Shown: positions 23,501-35,030 of the stretch, one piece after another
Layout of the letters: every line of letters begins with the position of its first letter
Position numbering within the stretch: position 1 is the first letter of the stretch
DNA from: Chiloscyllium plagiosum
Taxonomy: Eukaryota
Length of the DNA: 64,000 nucleotides
Direction: 5' to 3'
NCBI RefSeq assembly: GCF_004010195.1
Contig: NC_057731.1
Location: forward strand, 50,274,579 to 50,338,578
Made by a program: the position numbers and the translations under genes
Notes under the pieces: model-generated
What the model was told of the DNA's origin: nothing
Database searches by the model: none
What the model saw: only the letters and a program-made list of their open reading frames with translations

Positions 23501-25228
23501 CATGTATATTTGCACACGCCCACAAACACATATACAAATGCAGCTATGCGTATAAATAAGAGCATGTGTAATCACATATACACGGGGTGATCGATAGCAA
23601 TGCAGTTAAGTCCGTATTTCTGTGTGAATATGGATACTATGTTTTTGTACGTGTGTGCGAGTGAGAGTAGGCATGGCAGGAAACGTCTGGTCATTTCTGA
23701 TTTTTTTTTAATTGGCCAAACGAAGTGAGATTTGCGTGACATCATATTTTAGGCTCACGGTAGAGGAAGGCTCAGTGAGCTGCCTATTTAATTGTTTTTC
23801 AGGTGTTATGAAGAGGGTATTTTGCCTATATCTGCTACATGTCACCGGTTTGTGCTGTTTCCATGCGGACACACTGCTGTCTACTGGGCCAGTGTGTACT
23901 GGAATGCTCCAGGAGAAGATTAGGTGTCAATGATGAATGATGCTGCTGTACTCCATCTAAATTTCTGTTCTTATCGCGACACCCGGATGAGATGGCGAAA
24001 CCGAGAGCAAGGTTGAAAAACGAAGAACAAACGACAGAGAAATGAGGAAGCAATGATTGAGTGGCACAATATGACTGATGTTTGCACTGGTCAGCACTCT
24101 GGGACACATTTTTATTGGTTGTTGGAGATTGAGGCTGATGCGATATGCAAAGAAATACTGAACGATATTGTAAAGGGGGATGGGGGAGCATTGCTGGTTA
24201 GGGGTGCATCAATACTGGTGATATGCAGGAGTATTTACAAGCAACTTCCTTTATTTTTAACATACAAGTAAATTTGCTTTAATAAAAGTATATTATCTCA
24301 GTCTGGCCAATCCGTTCAAATTGCAATCCCAAATAAGGCTGCTCTTCTTTGTGAAACGTTAGTGCTAGAAAAGATGCCATAAGTGATTTCGATCAAGACA
24401 CCGCTCAGTCATATTCTCATCTTGCTCGTGTTCGAATGTCTAGTGTATGCGCTCTGAAAGGTTTCTAACAGTGCTGTGCATCCCGTCAGAAAAGGGGGTT
24501 CAGGGGGTGTTTATAGCCGACGGTGCATTCTGCTGTTCTTGTCTCAATGCACAGTTACTGTGCCGTCCTCAAAGGCGTTGGGCTGTGTTGGTGGCTGCAT
24601 GTCACATCCTTCCGCTTACCTCGACAATCGTTTCCCTGTTTCTCTCTGTCCATAATTATACAGAACCACAGAACCGCTCAGTGACCTAAGGCGGCTATTC
24701 AGCCCATCGGGGCTAAACTGGCTGTTTGATTGAGCTGGCCAATTAGTCCCGTTTCCCTTCTCTTTCCCCCGGCTCCGGGAATATGCTCTTTACAAGGGTT
24801 CCTCCAGTTCCCTTTAGAAATCGACTCCCTGCAAAGTGCATTCCAGATGACAACAGCCCACTCTGCAAAATAAAATGCCCATCTCTCCCTCTATGCCCAT
24901 CTCTCCCTCTCATTCTTTGGCCAATTATCCTCAAGTTAAGCGCTTGCCAGTGGAATCAGTTGCAACGTCCGAGCCCGTTGATATTTAGCGCTCTTCTAAA
25001 CCGCTGCTTCACCTCCGTCGAAATGGCTATGGGTTAATCTCTGAAGGCAAAATGTGAATCTGAAAGCATTAATCCATACGATAGATTCGATCTCAATGAT
25101 GAACGATAATATTTCCCTGGGGTTGCCCAGTTCCAACATTTTGCCTACTTTAAAATATACAACAGAATCTTACAGTCTCGATATGAATTGTGGCATTATT
25201 TAATTGAAGTGACGCTGTCTTTTTTCTC
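20481..25228. repeat. Tandem segmental duplication, period 2599 bp
   Basis: 20481-22629 is repeated at 23080-25228 with only about five substitutions seen by eye (20832, 21218, 21327, 21774, 21785). ORF pairs are offset by exactly 2599. Confidence 0.95.
22631..23160. repeat. Expanded minisatellite with a 78-bp higher-order repeat
   Basis: ATGGG cores at 22664, 22700, 22742, 22778, 22820, 22856 and 22898, giving alternating 36/42-bp spacing with CATCC/CATTC variants. Confidence 0.92.
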
Positions 25229-25287
25229 TCTTACCCAACTCCCAGAGACCTATTTTTGCCCGGAACCGATCCCTATTGGAGACTGAA

Positions 25288-25490
25288 GTGTGTGCGTGTG
25301 TGTGTGTCTGTGTGTGTGGGTGTGTGGGGTATGTGTGTGGGGGGTATGTGTGTGCGTGGATGTGTGTGTGAGTATGGGTGTGTATGTGTGTGTGTATATA
25401 TGGGTTTGTGTGTGTATATATGGGTGGGTGGGTGTGCGAGTGTGTGTGTGGGTAGGTGGGTGCATGTGTGGATGTGTGCATGGGGGGTGG
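25288..25490. repeat. (GT)n-rich low-complexity tract
   Basis: Imperfect GT/GGT/AT microsatellite. Confidence 0.9.
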
Positions 25491-26829
25491 TTGGTTTTTG
25501 GGGCCGGGTATGTAGCAAAGTGGGATTGCTACATACTTTGAAGCAGTTAGAATGCAGTGGTTCGCTTTGCATGTGGTTAATTAAACAGACAATTAATAAG
25601 TTAATTAAGCAGATCTCAACGTAAAAGAAACAGACACAGAAATGTTTGACATGGTAGATAACCACCCTGGTATTTCACTGATCTTCCTACATTTAATAAT
25701 GTTACCACATAGAATATGATACTCTAATCTGGTCCCTTCACAAAGTCGACGGATGTGCCTAGTTGATTTTAACATCTTGCTAGCCATGGGTATTCAAGCG
25801 GTGGATAATTCTTATTTTGCAACAGAAGTGAAAGATTGCATTGCACGGCGTTAGTTCAATCTGAGCTGATACGAATCTGAAACCCCTATTACAAACACTC
25901 ATCAGCTCCATTGCTAAAGTGGGTCCGCGGACAACGCCACTCTGTCGCCGCTTGTATTTGCTTTGATTCATCGCCGAGTCTTTCTCCCTCCCCCTCGGTG
26001 CCACAGGTAAGTTCCACCGGTAGTGGAGCAGCCGGGAAAGTGGCCTTGTCCGCTGGGTACACACGGTTGAAAACCCTTCCCTTTGTTTGCTGCTAATTAT
26101 CTGTCCATTAGACTCGCTCGCCCACAATCACAAGCAATACAGCCGCCTTATCTCTGAAGGATTATCGGTCGAAGTGTCCTCTGTAAACAAACCGACTGCA
26201 AACACATTAACAACAAGATAAGGGGACCCGAATTACAGAAATACGGGACAGCCTTTCAAAACGGGCCGGAAGAGCAGACTAACTCGCACTGCCATCATGT
26301 TTATGTTGAATGTGTGCGGCGGGAGTGACTCCAATATGATGGTAATCGCCAACAGTTTGAAGAGGCCACAGTCGCCTGTCTGTAGTCACAACCCAAACAC
26401 CCAGGTAAATCTTAAAAGCTGAACCCTTAGACATTTTCCCAGATTCCATCGGAAATGGGATTGTCAAGGTAATCCTCCCCAGATTGGAATATTTCACAAG
26501 AATTTAGTTCAGCGGCTCTGCCTAGCAACTAGAGAGGTTTTTACTCCCAGTCGTACAAAACAGTTCAGAGCGAGGTGCAGGGTGTTGAAATGTTATTGGT
26601 TGGCCGAGCATTTATTGCCCCGTCCATAGTTGCCCTTGAGAAGGTGGTGGTGAGCTTCCTTCTTGAACTGCTGCAGTCCATGTGCTGTAAATAGATCTAC
26701 AATAAGAACCATTAAGAAACATAGGGAGACTAATGAGCTTGAACGCTCATCTTACTCCAATCTTAGCATTGGGCTGTCAGATTTAACTTGTGTTTTGAGA
26801 AGCAGATTTCAGGCTGTATTTGCGTACCA

Positions 26830-27345
26830 TCGACTGTATTTCCCGCGTGTAACTTTTACTTTGCCATAAGATATCCTTGCCATTGAGGCAATACAGTGAC
26901 CTGATTGGTTCCTGGGGATGGAAATTTGTGCTATGAAGAGAGTTTGGGTCGATTGGGCCTGTATTCACTGGAGTTTGGAAGAACGAGAGGGGATTTCATA
27001 GAAACATATAACACTCTAACAGGCTGACAGACTGGATGCAGGGATGAGGTTTCCACTGGACACCGATTATGGGGTAGACCACTTTGGACCGTGATCTGGA
27101 ATCATTTCTTCAGTCTGACGGCGGGGTTCCTGTGGTGCCCTGTACCACAGAAGGCTGTGGAGGTCACATCACTGCATGCATTCAAGCACGAGCTAGACTG
27201 CTTTCTAGAGGATAAAGGTGTCAAGTGGGATGGGGAGAGCGCAGGAATATGGCATTGAAATAGAGGATCAGCCAATGTCATACTGAATGGTCGGACGGAT
27301 TCGAAGGGCTGAATGGCCTGCTCCTTCTCCTATTTCAATGTATAT
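26830..27345 (+). mobile_element. CR1 LINE 3' fragment
   Basis: LGLYSLEFGRTRGDFIETYN..-type C-terminus with 3' UTR gggctgaatggcctgctccttctcct. Confidence 0.75.
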
Positions 27346-29335
27346 GTGTATGTTTACTTGCGTGCATTATTTATGTGTATACATGTGCCTGTGCCTATAA
27401 TCATCACGTGTACAGGTATACGAATGAGTGCACTTACAAACTTCCATTTTCATGTGAATGCGTGACAGTAATGGAGGACGTTACTATATTTCTGCATTTG
27501 TCTATTGCAGTGTGTGCGATACCGCTCGTTGTGTAAGAGCGCAGAATGTGTACCCTGTGCGCGAGGGTGTCTCTAAGAAAGAGACTTACATTCACAAATT
27601 CTGTCTGTTGCATAACTTCCCGTGGGAAAATAAATCGCCTCTGCGCGCTTGAAACCTACTGCGATTTTTTTTAAAGGACTAATTTTATTAGGAACATGAG
27701 CTTTTAAATCAAATATATAAAACCTAGATCATTTCCTAACATAATTCTGCGGATACCATCTTCAATCTAAAAAAAACAGTTTATCTTGACGGGATTTGTA
27801 AGTACCAGCAACTTTACCGCGTTGCAAAGCCCTGGATAGTTGTGATTTAAGAGCCATGTCTGTGAGGCATTACAAGCGGTTTACGAGGATATAACAAGTC
27901 CCCACTTCCTTACTATCGCCTTCAATTTTATTTCATTAACTGCACGCGATAGAATCTGAGACAACAGGAATTCTCTCCCCTCCCTCAGAGGTTGGATTCA
28001 ATAACGCAAGCCTTGCACAATGGGTTGAATAAAAATAAAGACTGCTGTATTTATGCACAGTGTCAATTTATCATACTCTGTAAACATTATTCACCTATTG
28101 TAGTGGTTGGTCCCTCTCACTTCTCTGCCTCCCTCTAATGTAACTGTGCTTCAAAAAAAACTTACAACCATGTGAAATATGCCAGCACAGGTTGCTAAAT
28201 TTGCAAGAATAATAAGCCTACTTCGGCCAGGCTGCCTCCTGCTGAATCCTATGTTCGCTGGCCCTTCAGACTGCAAGTTCTCCCTCCCTGTCCCTAATCA
28301 AGCGCCTTTCACCACGGACAAAACAAAACGTTAAGATGGAGAGGCGGGATTGGGGCGAGAAAAAAGCAAACAGAATTTGGGCTTGGTTCTATTAATCAGC
28401 CTATTAAATGGGGGCATATTTACAAATGTCAATCTTGGGTCTTTAGGGTTTTGTCTCTACGTGCGAAACCTCCGACACCCCATCTTTTGTTCCCGAAACT
28501 TATGAAAGCCATTGTAGGTACCACGGAGCCTAACTCGGACATTCTTTCAATGTACTTAGTGCTTCTAATCACACCTCTCAAAAGGTTTTTTCTATATAAT
28601 AACTTTCTCTTTCACGGCGCTTGGCACATGAACAATTCATGTCGAGTGTGGCAGGCGCTGGCCTTTCCACCTCTCTGTACGAGGCAATTGAGCAAAGGAC
28701 ACGGTCTCACAAAAGCAGCTTTTTGGGCGGTTTAACACAGCGTTTGAATAATTTCATTACTGTGTTATATATATAGATAGAATTACGTTTCGTGGGGTGA
28801 TTTCTCTCTCTCTCTCTCTCTCGCTTTCTGAAACAAAATTACTCTTTTTATTACTCCAAACGTTCATTCTCACCTTCCAATCAAAACTGACACTTAACGT
28901 CACTGGAACATGTTTGATGTTACTGCTATTTGCTGCTATTTGTTCAGAAATTTGAGGCAACGGCTTTTGGCCTGGAGAAACACATTTTATTCCTAACCTG
29001 ACGTCTCATTTCATGAGGGCTTCAAAACGATTAAAATTCAACACATCCGAACAGCATGGCCTCTAATAACCTGCAACTCCATGCATTGTAATTCGGAATA
29101 ACTTGACAGTTACTTTTTTTTCTCCACCCCCAGTATTTTAGACACAAATGTTTCAAGTTGAGTTACGTTTTGACTGGGAAAGTTTGATGTTCTAATAGTT
29201 ATCTAATACACCTATATTCAAAAATGCATTATTAATCAAAACGCATTTTCTTTAAAGAGTGATAGTATTTTGCTAATATCTCAGCAATCACTGAAATGTA
29301 ATTATGCTAATACAGGTACCCATCGAAAATAATAC

Positions 29336-29599
29336 ATTCCAAACAAGTAAACCAGGGACAAGTACACGAGGGACTCAATTATGAACATATTGCACCTCAA
29401 CATTTATTCTTTTTTTTGTTAGCTCCACTTAGTGTATTTCAGCAGTTTTTTTTTAATAGCAGAGTATTCCAAACAAGTAAACCAGGGACAAGTACACGAG
29501 GGACTCAATTATGAACATATTGCACCTCAACATTTATTCTTTTTTTTTGTTAGCTCCACTTAGTGTATTTCAGCAGTTTTTTTTGAATAGCAGAGTATT
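29336..29599. repeat. 130-bp tandem duplication
   Basis: attccaaacaagtaaaccagggacaagtac...aatagcagagt occurs at 29336 and 29466, differing mainly in T-run lengths and one substitution. Confidence 0.95.
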
Positions 29600-29784
29600 A
29601 TACAAGCTGGGGACGGGGGAGGGGGAATCCTTCACGAACAATAAGCTTTGCTATATACATAACTTTATACACGCCACTGAAATGTTAACACTCGCCATTA
29701 TGGTACAAATTAGAGTAAGAGCTTCTGAGGATTACTCGGTATGTACATGAGAGATTTTTTTGGCCAAAGTTCTATTTATGTTTG

Positions 29785-29790
29785 TTTATT
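29785..29790 (-). other. Possible polyadenylation signal of NKX2-3
   Basis: First canonical AATAAA I could find on the minus strand downstream of the stop, about 1.25 kb away. No transcript evidence. Confidence 0.3.
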
Positions 29791-31036
29791 TCCTGCCCCG
29801 CCTAAAAAAAGAGTTCTAGCTCACAGCTAGTGGAATCTTTGCTTTAGCAGTGCTGTCAAATATTTAAATTAAACGTAGATTTCAGATGGAAGATGTTTGA
29901 GGCAAATCCCTGATTTTCCAAGTGGGATTTCAAAAACGGAATTCCACGGTGGAAGGGTCAGTTCGAACTAATACTAATATTGGGGAGGGGTAGCTTGGCA
30001 GTTACATTAATAATACCGCCACCCCACCTCACTGTGGTTTGAAAATTTGAACTTAGTTTACAGCATGTAGAAATAATAGCATTCCTTAAAAAAAAGGGAC
30101 TGGTTTCAGCAAAACTGACCCATGAAGATTCGTTAAAATATATTTATATAGTTTTGTGTTGCACTTTACCTGGTCACAAGTTGACTCAACTCCCATAGCA
30201 GCATTGACTCTTAGCTGCCCTCTGAAGTGGCTTATTTTAGTCAAACGGCTTCAGTTCATAAAGACTAGGCCACCGCCTTCTCAAGGCAGCTCGGGAGGGG
30301 GAGGAATTGCTACCCTTAGAAACATGAGCCCCGTCTCCCAGAATGAGTCAAAAGAACGTTTGTAGCAGAACGAAAATGCAACATGCTGTGGATGCTGGAA
30401 ATCGGCTATAGAATACAGAGAAAGTTAGTCAACGGGTCTGGGAGGAGAGAGGGGCAGAGAGAGAGAAAGTGACTACTATCAGAAGCAGTCTAATCCGCTG
30501 GTATCTCCGACGTTTTTCTGAGCTTGTATTGTATTAATTATGTATAGTCTTTTCTCCAACCGTCTTTCTCTTAGAATTATGAGGATTCCTGAAATATGTG
30601 AAACACTCCTTTCCGCTTCTGTTAAAAAAATCCCATACCTACATTCGAAATATGACGGTGTCTCTTTTCTCCCTTTTCTCTCTCTCTCTCTGCTGCTCTT
30701 CATAATGGCTCTTTTGAGGGATTACTGTCGAACTACACAATTCTGAACAGCAGAATCCGGAGGGTGATCTGTGCTCCATTCCCAGTCGGACACTATAAAT
30801 CGAACGACAGGGTGTGAAATCACATGGCTTAACAGAGAATGTACAAAACATAGGGCAATATTTGTCGGAGAGCATTCAAAGGGATCTGAAATGAATCGGG
30901 ATTGTCTTGGAAGGGAATCATAATAGTGTTTTTTTTCCTTCAAAATAAGCTTTCCTTGATTTTTCAAATGACCTACAGTTAAAAAATAGTTCAGAGCAAG
31001 TGAAGGCAGCCAACAGTTCTGGTCTCTCATGGTACT

Positions 31037-31671
31037 TTACCAGGCGCGGATGCCCTGCAGAGTCCCTTGGCATGCGGGCACAGAGGATCCTGGGTGAGAC
31101 TGCGTCTGTACAGCGCCGTTCACGTTACTGAGGTCCACGTTCATGAAGGCGTTGGACGCCGTGGAAGGCGGCAGCGACGGGATGCTTGTGTAGGTGCAGC
31201 TATAGTTAGCGTTGTAGGCCGGGGCGCCGCCGTAGCTGCCGTAAGAGCCAGGGTAGCCGTTGTAGGCGTAAGCGTTTGCGCCGACGCTGTAAGGGCTGGT
31301 GTAACTCTGGGATCCTGCTATGCACGGCTTGCCGTCCCGCACCAGCACGGGCACCGCCACCCGTCTGGGCGGGGGTGGGTGATGGTGGCCCGCGATCTCC
31401 AAAGATTTGTCCTGGCGTTGTCGTTTGCACTTGTAGCGCCTGTTCTGGAACCAGATCTTGACCTGGGTGGAGGTCAGTTTAAGAGTGTTGGCCAGGTGCT
31501 CTCTCTCAGGAGCAGACAGGTATCTCTGCTGCTTAAACCTCCTCTCCAGTTCAAACACCTGGGCCTGTGAGAAAAGCACACGGGGTTTCCTTCTCTGCTT
31601 TTGTTTCGGCCGTTCACCATCCTCTGCTTTAACGTTCTCGCTCTCTGAGCACTTCTTTAGGGAATAGCTTT
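31037..31671 (-). CDS. NKX2-3: NK2 homeobox protein NKX2-3, coding exon 2 (homeodomain, NK2-SD, Tyr-rich region, GIRAW)
   Basis: Acceptor TTTCTGCAG|AA joins in frame ([61 protein letters not shown]...[12 protein letters not shown]). Shows the NK2 Tyr54, NK2-[19 protein letters not shown]-terminal [10 protein letters not shown] and TAA stop. Spliced protein is 322 aa. Confidence 0.97.
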
Positions 31672-32893
31672 CTGCAGAAACAATGCCGATCCATTAGTGA
31701 CACAGTTTGCAACAAGGCGGGCAATTTCCAGCCATAACCGAAATGTGAATAACTCTGAGCAATTAATGATATCCGGTGCATTGGTGTGAATGCTTCTTTC
31801 GAGTTGATAGTAAACCGGGCAGAGGCAATTGTAACAATATTTGCAAATTTAGCCTCTTGCAGCCCAATTCTTCTATTAAATTATATTTAAATTAAAGGAG
31901 AAATATCATGTATTTTATCGTGCTGTTTAATCCCACAATAATATGAGGCGCTGATTTACTGAAAAAATAAATAGAAGCGCTATGTGTGTAAATTCACAGA
32001 GACTTTCAACATTTGCACCAATCAGTACCTGGTTTCAAGATCTGTCTTGTCTTAAAAATTTGTCAATTTTTAAAATAATCCTATTAAAATGCCCCGGTTT
32101 TACGAACGAATTCGGCAAAATAATTTTTAACAGGACTTGTTTGAGATGCATGAAACCAGGGAAGCACAGACCAAGCACAATATGATTTAAATATTTCTTT
32201 ATCCACCTTGATTAGCAACTCTTTTGCTCAGGTTGTCAGTACTCACCTTATCCGGAGGCCTTAAATAGGATACATGGTTGTGGAGTTCTTTAGAACAGTT
32301 CAATCATATTAACAAAGAAGTACGAACACACTGCAGACTGCAAAACAACCTAAACATTGGGATTACAGTAAAGGGAATGAGAACAATTTACAGCGGAATA
32401 ATTGATTTAGAGACCCGGGGATAATTGTTCAAAATGTTCAGGGACTGGGTAACTATACTTAGGTTTGTGAATTAAAATGTGGTTCCCGTGTTTTTGGTAG
32501 AAGAACCCTTCATTCTACAGTATTAAATTGCACATTGAAAACAAATCTTTCGGGACCTGGAGAACTCACTTTATCCCCGGATCCGTCGAAAATTAATTTT
32601 AAAGGTATTTTTCAATGCTGTAGCGTTCCTTTCGCTTTATAGGAATTATCCGAGGGTGCAATGTTAAGGAGCTGAATAAGACCTGAATAAGACGTTCGCG
32701 AAATCAATACAAAAGATTCTCCAGGAATTTCTGTTTTTGTTTCAATTTCAAAAATATGACCGAAACAACGAACAACGCCGGCTTTGCAAAACATTTTAAG
32801 AATTTAACATAGTTACATTTCAACGCAGCAGATTTTTGCGATATTTTACCTCCGGCTCATCTCTTAATAAAATCTAGACTATTAGGTACTTAC
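31672..32893 (-). other. NKX2-3: NKX2-3 intron (1222 bp, GT-AG, phase 1)
   Basis: Canonical GTAAGT donor and CTGCAG acceptor. Its position just upstream of the homeodomain matches NK2 genes. Confidence 0.92.
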
Positions 32894-33227
32894 TCTTGAC
32901 CTCATCTCGTAGGATCTCCTCATCTAATTTGGTTTCACACGGGCTTCTCAGTCCTGCGTGAACGTAAAGCTCTGGGGAAAGGCTCGGGTCCCCCTGACTG
33001 TCTTGTACTGACAGAGAGTTCAAAAAGGGAATTTTCTCCTCCCCATCCGAAAAGCTGGAGGCCTCCCCGGCGGCGTGCATGCACGAAGGCGGCGGCGGCG
33101 GCGGCTGGAACTGAGACGATAAATCCTGCTGCAAGTGATGGGCCACTTGCTGGCGCGATTGTTGCTCCAGATTCAGAATATCTTTGACCGAGAATGGCGT
33201 CGACGTGACCGGGCTTGGAAGCATCAT
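32894..33227 (-). CDS. NKX2-3: NK2 homeobox protein NKX2-3, coding exon 1
   Basis: Starts MMLPSPVTSTPFSVKDILNLEQQ, the TN/eh1 domain and the characteristic NKX2-3 N-terminus. The downstream SFSDGEEK..LNSL..YVH..LR segment resembles tetrapod NKX2-3. Ends at a phase-1 donor AAGA|GTAAGT, with the intron starting at 32893. Confidence 0.96.
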
Positions 33228-33409
33228 CGAGCAAGATGCGTGGGGAATTAGTTATAAACCCGCCAGTTTAATCTCTCTTTTGCCAAGAAAAGAAAGAGAA
33301 AATCCAGCAGGCTTTCCTTCCCCCACCTAAATTGCAACCGAAAAAAAGAATTCAAGCTCCCTTTAATTGCACGATTATTTTTCCCTCCCTCTCTTGTAAA
33401 ACTGACATG

Positions 33410-33770
33410 CAACTAAAGTGGATTAGGTGGGATTTCTTTTTGCTGCAACCAATAGCTTGCAAACTGCCGAGACTCCGAGTGCAGTTTTGTTGCTGCTCGG
33501 CCACCCCAGGGGGATGCGGGTGACGTCACAACGGAGGAGCTCGGGGCGGGCCCCACACGCGTCATTGGCTCCCAGGCACCCGAGATTCAAATAAGGCCGG
33601 TGAGATGGGCGGAGCAGGAATGGGGAAAGCATCCATTGGCTGGCCGCGTGTCACGTGCCGCCGCCGGCGCGCGGTCGCGAGCCCCTGGCCATTGGAGGTG
33701 GGCGCGTGCCCTTGGCCACAGGAGGTGGGCGCGTGTCCGCCCGAAACTGAAGCTGCTCTGTGTCTGAGTC
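33410..33770 (-). promoter_or_regulatory. NKX2-3 proximal promoter / CpG island
   Basis: GC- and CpG-rich block 180-540 bp upstream of the ATG. Perfect CRE TGACGTCA 33521-33528, GC box GGGGCGGG 33543-33550, three minus-strand CCAAT boxes (ATTGG near 33564, 33635, 33690), E-box CACGTG 33652-33657, duplicated GGAGGTGGGCGCGTG (33694, 33721), NK2-type TAAAGTG near 33414. Confidence 0.75.
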
Positions 33771-33774
33771 AGAG

Positions 33775-35030
33775 GCGCAATTAGGGCAGAAAGAAATTCA
33801 GAATTATAGATATTTGTAGACTTTGTTTTGATACGATTGATGTGAGAGGTGAACTAACGCATAAGGCCACCCAAAACCAAATCTTTAGCCTTTCCTTTGG
33901 TATGACTGTTTCGAAGGGTGAATTAATAAAGAAAGTAATTCCAAATTATGTATTTTCTTTAGACCTTGAGGTGATACGATCAATATGAGCGGTAAATTAA
34001 TGCAGAAAGAAACTCTGTTTTAGATCTGCGTTGTTACGAATGATGTGAGGGGTGAGATATTGTTTTTCAGTCTTTGCTTTAAAACGATTGATATGAAAGA
34101 TGGATTAATGCAGATAATATTCCAATTTATAAAAAAAGAAAGCAATTCCAAAACAAAGAACTGTGGGTGCTGAAGGTCTGAATAAAAAAAATAAATTGCT
34201 GAAGAAAATCAGCAGATCTGGCAGCATCTGTGGAGAGAAAGCAGAGTTAACGTTTCGAGTCCAGTAACCCTTCAGAACTTTTAGTCGTTGCTTTGATACG
34301 ATTAGTGTGAGGGATGAATTAATGCAAAAACGAATTCCAATTTATTAACTTTTAGTCTTTGCTTTGATATGATCAATGTGATGTATACGGATCTGAGATA
34401 GACATTATTTTGTTAACCGGATACGAGCCAAAGGCAGGTATATGGAGTTAGGCCAGAGAGCAGCCAAAATCTCATCGAAGAGCAGAACAGGATTGAGCGG
34501 CTGAATGACCTACTCCTGTTTCTTAATGCAGAAAAAAGGTTTTTTAAGGCTCTAGATTGTTGCGAGGGTTGAATTGATGTATAAAGAAATTCCAAATAAT
34601 ATTGTTTTTCAGTTTTGCTTTAATATGATTGACATGAAGGATAAATCAATGCAGATAGCATTCCAATTTTTTAAGTATTTGCTTCGATACCTTTTTTTTA
34701 ATCCATTGCTTTGTTTGATTAGTATTGCGAGATGTTGGCCATGTTTCTTTTTAAAGAAAAGGGAATATAAATCATAATAAATTTGGAGCACACCTCGTTT
34801 CTACATAACAACGGCAATCGCTGGAGAAACTCAGTAGATCTAGCAGCATCTGTGGAGAAAGACACAACGTTTCGAGTCCTTCATAACGCAGAAATGTTTT
34901 TCGTCTTTGAATACGATTGACGTTATGTGATGTTGGCTGCAGTTTTTTTTTAAAAAAAAGGAACTTAAATTTTAAAAGAAATCCAACTTATATACTTTAG
35001 CACACCCAATGTCGGCATAGATGTGTCCCT
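33775..35030. repeat. Degenerate ~60-70 bp tandem array upstream of the promoter, interrupted by PLE and CR1 fragments
   Basis: Recurring TTT(A/C)GTCTTTGCTTTGATACGATTGATGTGA..GAATTAATGCAGA..AATTCCAA units. PLE-B insertions at ~34145-34280 and ~34820-34880, CR1 tail at ~34400-34520. Confidence 0.75.

Noticed and set aside
31067-31570. 167-aa plus-strand ORF
   Set aside because: Antisense shadow of the GC-rich NKX2-3 exon 2.
32874-32893. ORF-track extension SKYLIV* of exon 1, and the annotated start at 31579
   Set aside because: The first is read-through into the intron past the GTAAGT donor. The second is an internal GTG (Val) of exon 2.
33587-33596. CArG-like CCTTATTTGA in the promoter
   Set aside because: One mismatch in the invariant GG, too weak to call without conservation data.
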